Part shown: piece by piece, positions 1 through 13,085 of the stretch
Position numbering within the stretch: position 1 is the stretch's first letter
Layout: each line of letters begins with the position of its first letter
Assembly (NCBI RefSeq): GCF_001194135.2
Contig: NC_068999.1
Coordinates: 15,705,985 to 15,753,926 of the forward strand
Length of the DNA stretch: 47,942 bases
Direction of reading: 5' to 3'
Source: Octopus bimaculoides
Taxonomy: Eukaryota
Notes under the pieces: model-generated
The model's input: only the letters and a program-made list of their open reading frames with translations
Database searches by the model: none
What the model was told of the DNA's origin: nothing
Made by a program: the position numbers and the translations under genes

Positions 1-31
<31 letters not shown>

Positions 32-824
32 TGTTAGTTCGTGTTTGCTGAAAACAAATGTCGCATTGTTTGTACAGTACATTGGTATATACGACAGTAA
101 ATCTAAAGGAAATTAAAACCAGTATTTCAAATATAAGATTTTTCTACAATATACTGAATGGTTTTATATTGTTTGAAGAGAAAATTGAATGTTTTCACTG
201 CCAGGAGGAATAGCCATTGCTTTTCTATATTAACTTGTTTTGCTCTCGAATAATGGTTTAGATTTATCAAGTAAAGGAAATTGGAAGCTGTGGCGTTCAA
301 ACATTTGTCAAAAATATATTAGTTGGTTAAGTAAAACGATCTGGTATTCGATTTTTGCGACATAGAATTTGTACACTGCTCATGTTATTTCGAAGATATT
401 TGTAGAGGATTTAATGAAGATATAAATTCTATGGAAATAGAGGGACGTCTTGTTAACACTGATAGATGGTATGAACATTTTGAATGAGTTCTGTTGTCGA
501 ATGATCATCCAACGTGCGTGACAATGCAGTTATTTCTTATGCTTCGCTCTGGCTATTCGTTTCTCTCAAAAGCCAGAAAACGTCTGGAATTAAAAGTAGA
601 TAAATAGAGATATAAGGACGTACTTAGAGAAGGAAATGGTAAGGATTGTTGCTGTTTCACCTCCGGGTAAGTTCAGCTTTCGATAAATAAGCATATGATA
701 AAAGACATTCCAGGTATCCCTTCTAGTATTTTATGCAGTATTTGAATATACAGAAAAGCAACGAACTAATTGACCGTTTAAAGTATCCAATGAACAGACA
801 TGCGCTATTTCTTCCGTTTGTCTA

Positions 825-920
825 AATGAGTTCAAACGCTGTGGAGGGCAATTTTAGTCTTTATTTTTCCGGCATCGATAAATAAGGTACCAGTTAATGA
901 CTGAGGCCAATTATCCTCCA
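825..920 (+). mobile_element. SINE family A fragment, heavily degraded
   Basis: tgagttcaaa followed by a degenerate ggcatcgataaataaggtaccagtt block. Confidence 0.4.
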
Positions 921-2232
921 TCTTTGTACTTCAGTCCTCCTTGCTTCTTTCGCTCTCCCCTCCCCATCTCTCTCTCATCAAATACACTACTTTGTTCCGT
1001 ATGAAAGCTATGGAAGATCATTTAAAGCATCTTTTTTTCCGAGAAAAGTATTAGGATTGAAATAACGGACTAACAAAATCTAGTTCTTCAAAAAACTGAT
1101 ACGACAGTAATAAATATCGTCTAATGGAGAAACAATGTAGAATGCAAGACACAAGTATAACTAAAGGTAAAACTTTCTCTGGTATCCCTCTTTCCAGTGC
1201 GTCTTTCTCTTGCAGTAACACTGCATAGTTTCGTTTGAGAGAGTCATACTCCAATTATTGCTGTGAGATCTTATTGTCAGCCCTAATCAACCAAATCACT
1301 GAGAAAAGAAAATCCTACACATACGGCGTGATTGAGGAGAGATTTCCCTAGTATTTCAAACGTGACCAACTCCTGGGTTCGACCTTCTCATTAGCTCTTG
1401 AATAGAATAGGCAGAGCCACTATCTACTAGGACGGTAGTGACAATTAATGCGAGCGTCATCGTGGAATATTATTTATTGACTATGAATATATTAATAAAA
1501 CGGCAGTGAACTTTGTGACTATAAAGCGTTACGACTGAATATATTTCAAGTTAGCTTTCAAAGATTGACTTATATACTCGTATCATATTAATAGTGTATA
1601 TATTTTTTGCAATTTATTTCACGTTTATGGGCGAGAAAACATTATTAAATGAAAAATAAATATTAAAATTTATCATAGAAAAACAAACAGGAATATTACA
1701 CGTGAAAAAAATGATACACTTAAGGAGAGTGTATTCATTGAGTTACAACTCCTGTATTTACATATACACATATAAATGTGTAGATATATATACACCTACC
1801 TATATGTCTGTCTCTCTCTCTACCGCTGTCCGTCACTCGCTTACTCTCTCTCTCTCTTTCTGTATCTAGCTATCTATTCATACATAAATATAGAAATATT
1901 TATATATATAAATTCATATATGTGTTTGTGCGTGTGTATGTACACGCACGCAAACATGCACACGCACATACACATATGTATTCTTATATTTCAAATGAAA
2001 CTTTGTGTTTGTTTTCCGCTTGTTATGCCCAATCAACTTCTTTGCCAACCCACATCACAGACATATTTCATGAGAAAGAGAGAGAGAGAGAGGGAGAAAG
2101 AAAGAAAGAGAGAAATAAAGAAATAAAGAAAGACAGATTGGGGAGAGACGGGGATGGAAGTGATCTCGAGCCAACGATGAAGCTCGTACGCAGTAGCACA
2201 GACTGCAGAAATTAACAGCAAAATCTGTAAAA

Positions 2233-2398
2233 TATTGGTTCCAAACTTTGGCATACAGCCAGCAATTTAGGTGGACGGTGTAAGTCGATTACATTGGCCT
2301 CGTTACCCAACTTGTACTTATTTTATCGATCTCGAGCAGACGAAACGCAAAGTCGATGATCAAAGATAAGGTCAACCACATTGGAATTTGAACTCAGA
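2233..2398 (-). mobile_element. SINE family A, 5'-truncated
   Basis: Reverse-complement blocks are present: agtcgattacat, gtacttattttatcga, gcaaagtcga and ggaatttgaactcagaa. Confidence 0.75.
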
Positions 2399-2481
2399 AA
2401 AAAAACAGCAAAAGTCAAAAGAAGGTACATATAGAATGTAATAACTTGACTCAGTATTAGATGGAGAAAAGAGTAGGTGTA

Positions 2482-2509
2482 TGACGTTTCGAGCATGGCT
2501 CTTCGTTGG
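2482..2509 (-). ncRNA. Degenerate minimal hammerhead motif (GAGC-cat-GCTC family)
   Basis: The minus strand reads CCAACGA-A-GAGC-cat-GCTC-GAAAC-GTC-A. The 3' half is intact and CTGACGA is mutated to CCAACGA. This is the same family as 33655-33682. Confidence 0.5.
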
Positions 2510-3384
2510 AAAGAGGAAAAAGGAAACTTGCTTTACTTCAACAACATTCGATCATCGATTCCCCATCGAATCCCCATCGTATCCTGGGTGTCAAACTTTG
2601 GTTCCTATATGGGGTATATCTGAAGTCCATCCTTTGTATATGCAACAAGCATATTGAGTTGTCGTCTCTGTGTTATCTCTGGGATTATCTATCACGTTTA
2701 AACGTACTAAAATTATACTGTTCTCTCTCTTTCTTTTTCTCTCTCTCTCTCATTATATGTTTGTGTGTGTGTGTGAAGTGTGTGTGTGAAGCGTGTGTGT
2801 GGGCGTGTAGGCGCACTACTGTTAAAAATGTTAATGAAGTTTGAATATTATATACCACTTTAAAAAAACATAAAATACCTTTCTAATAAAATAGTGACCT
2901 AGAGAGAAGTGAATTAAAGGATAGTTTAGTTTCATCTGCCATCAGGTTCTTAAAGATTTCTCGTTTATTCGGAGACTTCGTAATAGTATGTTTAATACTT
3001 GTATACATTTATCGATCAATGCTGATTGAATTAACACTACATTTAATTTTAATGTCTGCCGTTGAGGATTTAAATTGAAATAAAGTTTGATTAGTTTAGA
3101 GACTAATTTTGTCAAAACTACTACCAGCTTCAAAAACTGTAGTCTTCATATATTTAACGCAGGTATTATCAAAATGCTAAGTGGAAATAATTAAAAATAA
3201 AGTCTAGCTAGTCGCCACATGCGATCAAGAGCAGCTTGCTAATATGTGCAGTATTTTTCGCAATTTTAAATATTTATCAAGTCGCGAGCTAAGATGGATA
3301 CCCTCTTGATCTACCCAAACCTGACCTCATGACACGTCCAGAATATGACTGGTAGATGGAGTTGTAGAGGTTTGCACCAGCATC

Positions 3385-3520
3385 AGCATGCTACTTACTT
3401 GCAGCCGAGTAGACTGGATTACACTGAAATGAATAGTCATGCCAACGACACAACACGCTGCCCGGTCTTGGATTTGAATTCACGGCCTTATGACCACGTG
3501 TCAAACAAACCTACACCTTC
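3385..3520 (-). mobile_element. Degraded SINE head related to family C
   Basis: The minus strand reads gtgaattcaaatccaagaccgggcagcgtgttgtgtcgttggcatgactattcatttca...ccagtctactcggctg, colinear with the 31253 copy. Confidence 0.5.
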
Positions 3521-4268
3521 AAAAATGAAAATAATTATGCATTGACAAGGAACTCCTATTGATCTTTAACTATTATTTTGACTTATTCAGGATTCACGGA
3601 TGACAATGCCGGATATAATTTAGATTTATTATAACCTCATCACGAAAGCGTTGATTTCATTTTATATTTCAAAGTAGTCATTAGATAATTACTAAGAAAA
3701 TTAACATTTTACACTGTATGATTTTATACTATTTGACCATGAAACCAGAGCTGTTACGATGGAAAATTGCACTGAGTTTCCACCCAGATCTAAATATTGT
3801 CTCGCTGGTCAATTCCAATTGAATTAAGCATAACCTTTATTTAAATGTCAAGCGTATAGATCAAAAAGAAAATATATTTTGTTTATACTTTGATCTATTC
3901 ATTAGAGGTCACCATCATCAGCGTTGCATAATTTATTGCAATTATTCCATCGATCTGAAGCCAAATCTAAAACATATTTAAGATGGGAGCTATGAATGTG
4001 ACACAATCCTTCACAAAGTTAAAATTCAATATTAAGATTGGTATTGCTAAGATAATTCCCAAACTGTTTCATCTAACAGTTTAATACAAATCTGCTCCGA
4101 TCAAGACACTGTAAGGCCTAAATATATTCCATCGATGATTATCCCACGTTTTAGCTTAAGTAAACTGATGCAGCTAGCCTCATCTGGCCCATCTTTTTAA
4201 AGCAAATCCATATGAGTTTGGGGTACATTTGACGTCTTTAGCACGTCAAGCTACACACACACCACATA

Positions 4269-4539
4269 TGTTGTTGTTGGCACTCCGTCGCTTACGACGT
4301 CGAGGGTTCCATTTGTTCCTATCAACGGAACAGCCTACTCGTGAAATTAACGTGCAAGTGGCTGAGCACTCCACAGACACGTGTACCCTTAACGTAGTTC
4401 TTGGGGATAATCAGCGTGACACAGTGTGACACAGTGTGACAAGGCTGACCCTTTGAATTACAGGCACAACAGAAACAGGAAATAAGAGTGAGAGAATGTT
4501 GTGGTGAAAGAGTTCAGCAGGGTTCACCACCATCCCCTG
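4269..4539 (-). mobile_element. 3' part of a SINE-like repeat (family D) with a (CAA)n tail; the head is probably in the adjacent gap
   Basis: A GC-richer block (tgttgttgttggcactccgtcgcttacgacgtcgaggg...cacgtgtacccttaacgtag...) runs into the N gap at 4540. It contains an internal tandem duplication, gtgacacagt x2. Recognised from memory as an abundant octopus repeat. Confidence 0.6.
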
Positions 4540-5071
4540 NNNNNNNNNNNNNNNNNNNNNNNNNNNNNNNNNNNNNNNNNNNNNNNNNNNNNNNNNNNNN
4601 NNNNNNNNNNNNNNNNNNNNNNNNNNNNNNNNNNNNNNNNNNNNNNNNNNNNNNNNNNNNNNNNNNNNNNNNNNNNNNNNNNNNNNNNNNNNNNNNNNNN
4701 NNNNNNNNNNNNNNNNNNNNNNNNNNNNNNNNNNNNNNNNNNNNNNNNNNNNNNNNNNNNNNNNNNNNNNNNNNNNNNNNNNNNNNNNNNNNNNNNNNNN
4801 NNNNNNNNNNNNNNNNNNNNNNNNNNNNNNNNNNNNNNNNNNNNNNNNNNNNNNNNNNNACGTACTTTTTTATAAAACTATATATAAATGTGTGTATGTG
4901 TGTATCTTTGAATGTATGTACCTATCAATTAGCTTGCCTTTCCGGATGGATGGGTGGCTCCTTGTCTGTCTGATGTATGTCTATCAAAAATGTAAAACAA
5001 ATAAATGTTTACTATGAGAACCAAGAGATTATGTTCTTTGTATACCACTTGCAATATCTGTTTCGGATTTT

Positions 5072-5268
5072 AAGACGGTGAATTGGCAGAAACGTTAGCA
5101 CGCCGGTAGAAATACTTATCACTATTTCGACTATCTTTTCGTTCTGAGATCAAACTCTGCCGAGGTCGACTTTGCCTTTCAGGGTCGATAAACAAAGTAC
5201 TAGTTGTGTACTGGGGTCGGTCAAATCCGCATAATATCGGGCCTTTTGCCTAGTGTAGAAAAGAATAT
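5072..5268 (+). mobile_element. tRNA-derived SINE, family A
   Basis: Diagnostic blocks ggcagaaacgttagcacgccgg, gttctgag(t)tcaaa and gaggtcgactttgcctttc...gggtcgataa...agtac are shared with more than 10 other copies in the window. The central block resembles, from memory, the Meta-type SINE domain (needs a Dfam/Repbase check). Confidence 0.85.
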
Positions 5269-5271
5269 ATC

Positions 5272-5457
5272 TTTCACATTTTGATACAAAGCTAGCTATT
5301 TCGCGGGAGGGGATACATCGATTACATCGACCCAACTAGTCAGCTAGTACTTATTTTATCCAACAAGAAAGGATGAACAGCAAAGTCGACAACAGTGAAA
5401 TTTGAACTCAAAAATTATTGAGTCGGAAGTACCTCTAAGTATTTTACCCGGCGTTCT
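5272..5457 (-). mobile_element. SINE family A, inverted copy abutting the previous copy tail-to-tail
   Basis: Reverse-complement blocks are present: tcgattacatcgacc, gtacttattttatc, gcaaagtcgac and aatttgaactca. Confidence 0.8.
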
Positions 5458-5775
5458 GTAATATCAACAAAATATTTTTCAATGTGTTTTTGTGGTAGAC
5501 AGTTTATACAAAATTTGTAAGTTTATTATACCCATATAAGAGCGTCTCAAAAATATACAGGTTAGTAATCAGCAAAAACCACCGTTTCTTCTGTAGATAC
5601 ATGTATTTGACCTGTTTAAGTAAAGAGGAGAAGGAGTAAGCTACCAATTGTACGAATTTACAATAAATTTTGTTTTTAAGTTCTTTCGAGTTACCTTGAT
5701 AGACAGAAGAAACAAATTTGCCAAGAAATTGAATTCCACTTTGGATTTATTTCTAGGAGGTACCATCGAGCTTAT

Positions 5776-5816
<41 letters not shown>

Positions 5817-5899
5817 NNNNNNNNNNNNNNNNNNNNNNNNNNTGTGTGTGTGTGTGTGTGTGTGTGTTTATTTGTGTGCATGTGTGTATTTATATTCAT

Positions 5900-6115
5900 G
5901 TTTGTGTCTATGTTTGCCACCCACCATCGCTTGACAGCTGATGTAAGTGTATTTATGCCCCCGTAACTCAGCGGTTCGGTAAATAAAACCGATAGAATAA
6001 GTACTAATCTTAAAAAGAATAAACCCTGGGTAGATTTCCTCGACTAAAAACCTTTTGAGGCAGTGCTCCAGCATGGCCGTGGTCAAATGACAGAAACGTG
6101 TAAACGAATAAAAGA
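5900..6115 (+). mobile_element. SINE family B tail
   Basis: ccatcgcttgaca...cccgtaactcagcggttcgg...accgatagaataagtac...cgactaaaa...gctccagcatggccg.gtcaaatgac.gaaac. Confidence 0.8.
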
Positions 6116-7799
6116 AAAAGGAATAGAATGCAATAAGGACATTTTTAACCTGAAGAAAGTTCATACACGGACGAACCCATTATTACTACTGAACAGATAT
6201 ATACGATTAAATACCTATATCAATTATAACTCGTTTATAGCTTCGTTTTGTTCGAAAGTTTGTATCAGAGCAGATTTTATTCTTTAGCAATTAAATACAT
6301 AACTCACTAAAAGTTCTGAAAATTCGTTTAACTTTACTGAACAATAAACAGAAAAGTGTAATCGGTTCACATTAAATAATTGCATCGTGCAATTAACTTA
6401 CAAGTAAACATGTTATATGCCTTTTCTGAACTGTGTTCGATAATGATCGGAGCTTTATATCAGAAACTTAAATCCAGACATACGTTCGATCGAGTTTTAC
6501 AGCAAAGACTCTCATAGATTTTCTTTCTGTCCTCTTAGTAATTAGTCGTAAGTGAGTGTTCAAAGCAATCGGATGTTAATCATTCAACATAGATACAAAA
6601 TTTATGCTAAGGTAATTCACGTGCTTTATCACGTGATTGATTGTTATTTTATGGTTTACTTTCTGATTTTAAAGATGCCTTTCCGAAATATTCTATTGCC
6701 GATTCTAAATTCTGCCTTCGTTGATAAAGCGAGGCGGCAAATAATTGCACAAATTCGTTATATAATGCAATATAATGTAAAAGAGAAGCTGGAATCAAAA
6801 AAATAAACTTTAGAAAAAGAGAAAAGTAAATAAAAAAATTCTAACAAGACCAAGCTTGACTGATGGACAAAAAAGCTGTTACTATATCTCAGAAACCAAT
6901 ATGAATGAAGAAATGTCTGTTATTTTCGATTTTACTGAAGGCATTATACATCATTGTATGCCAGGAAAATCTTCTTTTATAGTCTACAGATAATGATTTA
7001 CAATACAGTTACAAATCCTATTTTTTTCCGAACTCTTTCAATTCATATCGAACTACAATTTCACAGAAACATCGAAGCAACAATTTCTTTCCTATTTTCA
7101 AAACTTACTTCGGCTTCTTTATATTTTGAACGGTATTAACAAAGTAGTTGGACCGGCAGCATACTATAAGACTGCACAAAGAGACAGAATTGAATAACTC
7201 TTTCTCACTCTTCTTCTGCGTGATACTATTTATTTTCTTGATTTTTCGTTTGTTTTATCATCGGACTTTAAATACAATGCGATACAATGCAAGAATTTAC
7301 ACACACACAGAAACACACGTGTATATATATCTAGACCAATACATACACATATATANNNNNNNNNNNNNNNNNNNNNNNNNNNNNNNNNNNNNNNNNNNNN
7401 NNNNNNNNNNNNNNNNNNNNNNNNNNNNNNNNNNNNNNNNNNNNNNNNNNNNNNNNNNNNNNNNNNNNNNNNNNNNNNNNNNNNNNNNNNNNNNNNNNNN
7501 NNNNNNNNNNNNNNNNNNNNNNNNNNNNNNNNNNNNNNNNNNNNNNNNNNNNNNNNNNNNNNNNNNNNNNNNNNNNNNNNNNNNNNNNNNNNNNNNNNNN
7601 NNNNNNNNNNNNNNNNNNNNNNNNNNNNNNNNNNNNNNNNNNNNNNNNNNNNNNNNNNNNNNNNNNNNNNNNNNNNNNNNNNNNNNNNNNNNNNNNNNNN
7701 NNNNNNNNNAGAGACAGACAGACAGACAGACATACAGACAGACAGAGGGAGAAAAATGTATACGTATGTACATACACACGCACACACACATATATATAC

Positions 7800-7836
<37 letters not shown>

Positions 7837-9355
7837 ATACGTATACACATACATGTACATGTACGTACATGCATGCTTACACATTGTTATCTTCCTGCTA
7901 CATGTACAATGCATGGTTTTTATTCACATTGCGTAAAGTTATCTTTCACGCGAAATATATATATGTATACATACAAAATCAATGGATTAATGAGAATAGA
8001 AAATGAAAGTAGTCTAACCTTAAGGCTATATTCTTCTCATAATACATTTTCTATTCCTTGGCATGCCAAGAGTTCATGTGTGACAGCATGAACATTGTTG
8101 TATGTTATATACCATTAGCTAACAATGTAATTGTAAATACTTCTGACTAATTAAATGGAGATTACTTTCCTTTCTTATCACGGGATGCAAGCTAAGTGTA
8201 TCCCGAGCAAACCGCTCACTATCTTACTACGAATGATACAGATCTTATCGACATTAAAACCACTCTGTACAAATGAGCACATGGAAACAAACAAAATAAA
8301 TATCTGCTTACTAGATACATTTACTGTAGATCACTATTTCTTACAGTTCAGCCGATATAAAACTATAAAACTCTAACCTTAATCTCTTTTCATGTTTCAT
8401 TTGGCAACATGTCGTCTTTTCTGTTGTGCATATATGCGGGTATGTATGCATGCATGTATGTAAGTAGTTATGTGTGGTGCTCTTATATATGTACTTATGA
8501 GTGCAAGTAGTTGTATGTGCCATAGTTTACAGGCATATTGATATCGAGATCAAATTACATTTACTCTCTCTACGTAATCTAGCCGTTCATTACTCCACGC
8601 ATTCATTCATCAATCTATACTTACGTACGCTTACGCGCATATTCACTCGAACCTACCTATAGATCTAATTACACTCACCAATATATAACACATGTAGACA
8701 TACATACACATATACATACATATGCATATATATCCGTATGTACAAACACACGCACACACACATTCACTACGTTATTAGCAAATCTGATACAAACCCTGAT
8801 GGATAAGGGGAAAAAAAAACGGACCAATGGATAGTCTTCGTTAGAAGAGGATTACTCCTAGTGTTGGACAACTGCATATAGATTCTGGCAGATATCCAAA
8901 CAAACACATCAATAAATGCAGCAATCCGCTTTCAGTGTTCTGGTTAGCTTAACTTCAGTGATGATATTACTAGATCTTGTAATTATAAGACACAATCTAA
9001 CAGATTGGATTTCACTACAGTTCCTCTGTACATCTTCCTGCTTGCAATTTGTAACAACAACGTTGTATAGAGCCAAATAATTTTTTATCAGATTACACTG
9101 TAGGTATATGCGCATAGACATGTTCATACACACGTATAGTTGTTTACATGCACACATATACTCACACATGTTTGTATACATAATTAAGATTATCATGTAG
9201 AAAACATGCCATGGCAGAAAAAATTGTACGCTAGTTCTAATCTACATGCATATGTGCACATTTAAATAGCACTTACATACACACACATATACACACATAA
9301 ATACATTTATAGTATTTGCGAGTGGAGAGAACCTTCGTCACTAGCTTGTGGTTGT

Positions 9356-9399
9356 CTCAAACTGAGGATGGATAACATCCGAAAACCTAGGTCTGCGAG
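9356..9399 (+). ncRNA. Minimal type-I hammerhead motif with all core nucleotides present (one extra A in GAAA)
   Basis: The sequence reads CTCAAA-CTGAGGA-T-GGAT-aac-ATCC-GAAA-ACCTAGGT-C-TGCGAG. Helix III is a perfect palindrome (ACCTAGGT) ending in a GUC triplet at 9391-9393. Helix I pairs at 4 of 6 positions. Confidence 0.6.
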
Positions 9400-9750
9400 T
9401 ATCACGTTAGGCTATATATGAGAGCGGTGACCTCCCTTGCAAATGCTATACGGACACAAACTGTATGTCGATAGCCAGCTAAAAAAGATGTGTTCCTGGA
9501 GCTAAAACAACAGTAACACGAACATGTTTAAAAGATTTTAAGAATTCCTTGAATCCTCTTAAATTGCTCATTTATGTAAGTTATATCTTAGTATGACATA
9601 TATCAGGTTTTACTTGCAGGGTAAATGTACATTTGGAATATTTACATTTATACAACATCTTGTTGAAGTTGAGACTTGTATTCAATATCTCCGTTTTCTG
9701 GCTTATAATGAGGATAATTAATATGTAAATGAATTGTAGTCTCGTTTATC

Positions 9751-10170
9751 AGGCACAGGTATAACGGTGTGATGAAGCAGCTCGCTTTGTAATCACCAGG
9801 TCTCGGGTTCAGTCTCACTGCGATACCTCAGGCCAGTGTCCTACTTGATCCCTTGGCTAACCAATGTTTTGTGCGTGAATTTGCTAGATAGGATTTATAT
9901 GGAAGCCCATCATATATATGTGTGTGTGTGTATGCGTGTGTGTATGTGTGTGCGTGTATAGATATGTGTGCGTGATTTTGTGGTCATTCCCACCGCTTGA
10001 AAACAGATTTTGGTCTGTTTGCATCTCTGTTACTTAGCAGTTCATCAAAAGACATCAGTAGCAAGAGTTCCAGAGTCAATAAACGCTGAAATCGATTCAT
10101 TCGACTAAACACTTCAACACGTGGCCCCAGCATGGCTTTAGTTTAATGATTGAAAGAAGCAAAACATAGA
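9751..10170 (+). mobile_element. tRNA-derived SINE, family B (CORE-like), full-length with an internal (TA/TG)n spacer
   Basis: The head reads aggcacagg...ctcgggttcagtctcactgcg...ggaagcccatcatatat and is followed by a microsatellite. The tail reads ccaccgcttga...ttcgactaaac...ccagcatggc. Both parts match the partial copies elsewhere in the window. Confidence 0.75.
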
Positions 10171-11448
10171 AACAACCAGCCGTCTAATCGGTTAGAGACA
10201 GAAAGTCTGGTTTGTCTTTCGCTATCGCTCTCAGTTGCAATAATCCTTGTTTATCATCTTGTTATTATTATTATTATTATGACATATCGGACTATAAGTC
10301 TACCGTATAGTGTCAGATGCGTTGTTGAAGTTGTAAAACTAATCAAAGCGGGGAAAATATGTCACGTTTTTTTTTAAGACTTTAGGTTTGTTTCATCGGA
10401 AAAGGGATATTCTCTCAGAAATACCACTCCTTTATTTTAATGTCATATACTTTGTCATAGTAAAATAAAACAAGAATTTTCTTGGTTTAAGTTTTTTGTT
10501 TACAACATAATAGGCTTGGTACTCATGGACACACTGTCATGTAAATATTCACATCAGCTTAGTCTTTTATTCATTAGTATTTTCATGTAGTTAAGTTAGG
10601 AAAGAGACAAAACTACTTGATGTGTGTTTGCGTTTCATTAGGTAGCAAATGAACTGTCTTCATAAGTATTTACGTCTAATAAAGAGATCTAGCATAGTGT
10701 ACTTAATAAACTAGACAGTGAGTACAAGACTATTTGTAAAGAGCTTAATTTAATGATTATGAATGCAGAATTAAACATTGACTAAGCAGGCACAACTTCT
10801 TTAACATCAATGTACAAAGCAAACAGCGGAACAAATATCTCGAAAGTAAACCGTATGCATTAATGTAATATATTCATTTACTATACATACATCCCAAGGC
10901 CTTACTCTAACTTGCACGGGTTGAAATAATCGAATAACGTTTGCCAACAATGTAATCAACTGGAGATAGAAAGGGAGGAATTCTTTTCAAAATATATAGA
11001 ATCGGAGAATTCAATGGTGATAACAAGTTTGCTAGCTCTAAGTATGTATGTAAACATATCGGCATTAAGGTAGCACACGCAAACGCGCAAAGTTGAATGT
11101 AAATGTTTGCTAAGAAAGGAATGCATATTCGAACAAATAATCGATGTGTATATTTGTGTGTGTGCGTGTGTGTGTGTGTGTGTGTGTGCGTGCGCCCACA
11201 CACATCTATACGACTAACATGCGTGCACACAGTCACTGCAATGGGCCATATTGGGTCATGTGTTTCAGGGTCATTGTTTGAATCATATCTTATTCAGTAT
11301 ATATATTCCTGTATATATATCCGCTCTATAGTTTATGTATTGGGCCATATTATCATTCTGAACACAATACAGGGGTTTGTTTGACGTTCCCATGCAATTT
11401 AAAGTTGAACGAAACTAAATCAAATTCATATTAAATAATATATATACA

Positions 11449-11580
11449 GAGGTGCAGGCGTAGTTGTGTAGTAAGAAGCTTGCTTCCTGACCACATGGTT
11501 AGGCAAGTGTTTTTTACTAGGCTCGACCAAAGCCTTGTGAGTTATTTTGTAGATGGAAACTGAAAGAAGCCAGTCGTATA
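11449..11580 (+). mobile_element. SINE family B head with the B-box segment deleted
   Basis: ggtgcaggcgtagttgtgtagtaagaagcttgcttcctgaccacatggtt|aggcaagtgt...gaccaaagccttgtgag...gatggaaactgaaagaagccagtcgtatata, running into (TA)/(CA)n and a gap. Confidence 0.8.
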
Positions 11581-11648
11581 TATATATATTCGTTTATTCT
11601 TTTACTTGTATCACTCATATACACACGCTACACGCACGCACGCACACG

Positions 11649-11682
<34 letters not shown>

Positions 11683-12875
11683 CACATNNNNNNNNNNNNN
11701 NNNNNNNNNNNNNNNNNNNNNNNNNNNNNNNNNNNNNNNNNNNNNNNNNNNNNNNNNNNNNNNNNNNNNNNNNNNNNNNNNNNNNNNNNNNNNNNNNNNN
11801 NNNNNNNNNNNNNNNNNNNNNNNNNNNNNNNNNNNNNNNNNNNNNNNNNNNNNNNNNNNNNNNNNNNNNNNNNNNNNNNNNNNNNNNNNNNNNNNNNNNN
11901 NNNNNNNNNNNNNNNNNNNNNNNNNNNNNNNNNNNNNNNNNNNNNNNNNNNNNNNNNNNNNNNNNNNNNNNNNNNNNNNNNNNNNNNNNNNNNNNNNNNN
12001 NNNNNNNNNNNNNNNNNNNNNNNNNNNNNNNNNNNNNNNNNNNNNNNNNNNNNNNNNNNNNNNNNNNNNNNNNNNNNNNNNNNNNNNNNNNNNNNNNNNN
12101 NNNNNNNNNNNNNNNNNNNNNNNNNNNNNNNNNNNNNNNNNNNNNNNNNNNNNNNNNNNNNNNNNNNNNNNNNNNNNNNNNNNNNNNNNNNNNNNNNNNN
12201 NNNNNNNATATATATATATATATATACGCGCACATATGTCAGTATGCCTGTGTAAGTGTAAGCATACACGCGCATTTTTTACACGTCGTTCTGTTAGCCT
12301 TTAGTTTAAAAGTGTTTAGTTAATTCCTCGTTACTTAGCGCCAGAAAAGGAAACTACGAAAATGAAAAAGAAAAAAACATATTACAAATAAGAACAGTGA
12401 TACATGTGATCGATTACCTCCTTAAATCTGTGCCCCAAGTAAACGAGGAAAACTATATATACACAATGAAATTACTGGAAGGGCTTAATTCTGAATACAT
12501 GAATAGAATGGAGGGGAAAACACTAACTAGAAGCGTAATGAACGAATCGATACAATAACTGATGTGAACATTTTCAAAAGGAGATACAAAACGACAACAT
12601 GAAGTGGAATGAAAATTGATATTGACCATATTATTTTATCCTGAATGAGTGAAGGTCAGCAGACGGACAATAAAATGATAAAAACTAAGAAAATAAAATA
12701 AGCGGCGATTAAGGAGGTTACTTTGTGTCCACATTTATCTAGGATCGATATAGCGCTATGTAGCACATTGTGAAAATGTTCACTACCTACGTCTTGGTTA
12801 GAGTTTGCACTAGATCAGTGTTTGGGGAAAATGTTTGGTAGAGGTCTGTTACATGAAACTCCCTAGTATGTGTGT

Positions 12876-12919
<44 letters not shown>

Positions 12920-12922
<3 letters not shown>

Positions 12923-13085
12923 TTTACTCTTCTACTTGTTTCAGTCATTTGTGTGCGGTGATGCTTTAGTCGAACAAATCGAGCCCAGAACTTATTCTTT
13001 GTAAATCGAGTACTTATTCTATCGGGCGCTTCTGCCGAACCGCTACTTTACGAGGACGTAAACACACCAACATCGGTTGTCAAAG
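12920..13085 (-). mobile_element. SINE family B tail, inverted
   Basis: Reverse complement of the tail above: cttgtttcagtcattt, ttagtcgaacaaatcga, gtacttattctatcgg, gccgaaccgcta and gacgtaaacacaccaacatcggttgtcaa. Confidence 0.8.

Noticed and set aside
1051-1254. 67-aa minus-strand ORF with a coiled-coil-like then hydrophobic appearance, downstream of a strong-looking acceptor (ttttcttttctcag)
   Set aside because: It starts at TTG directly after an in-frame TAA, all frames from the acceptor hit stops, and there is no neuroligin or other recognisable motif.
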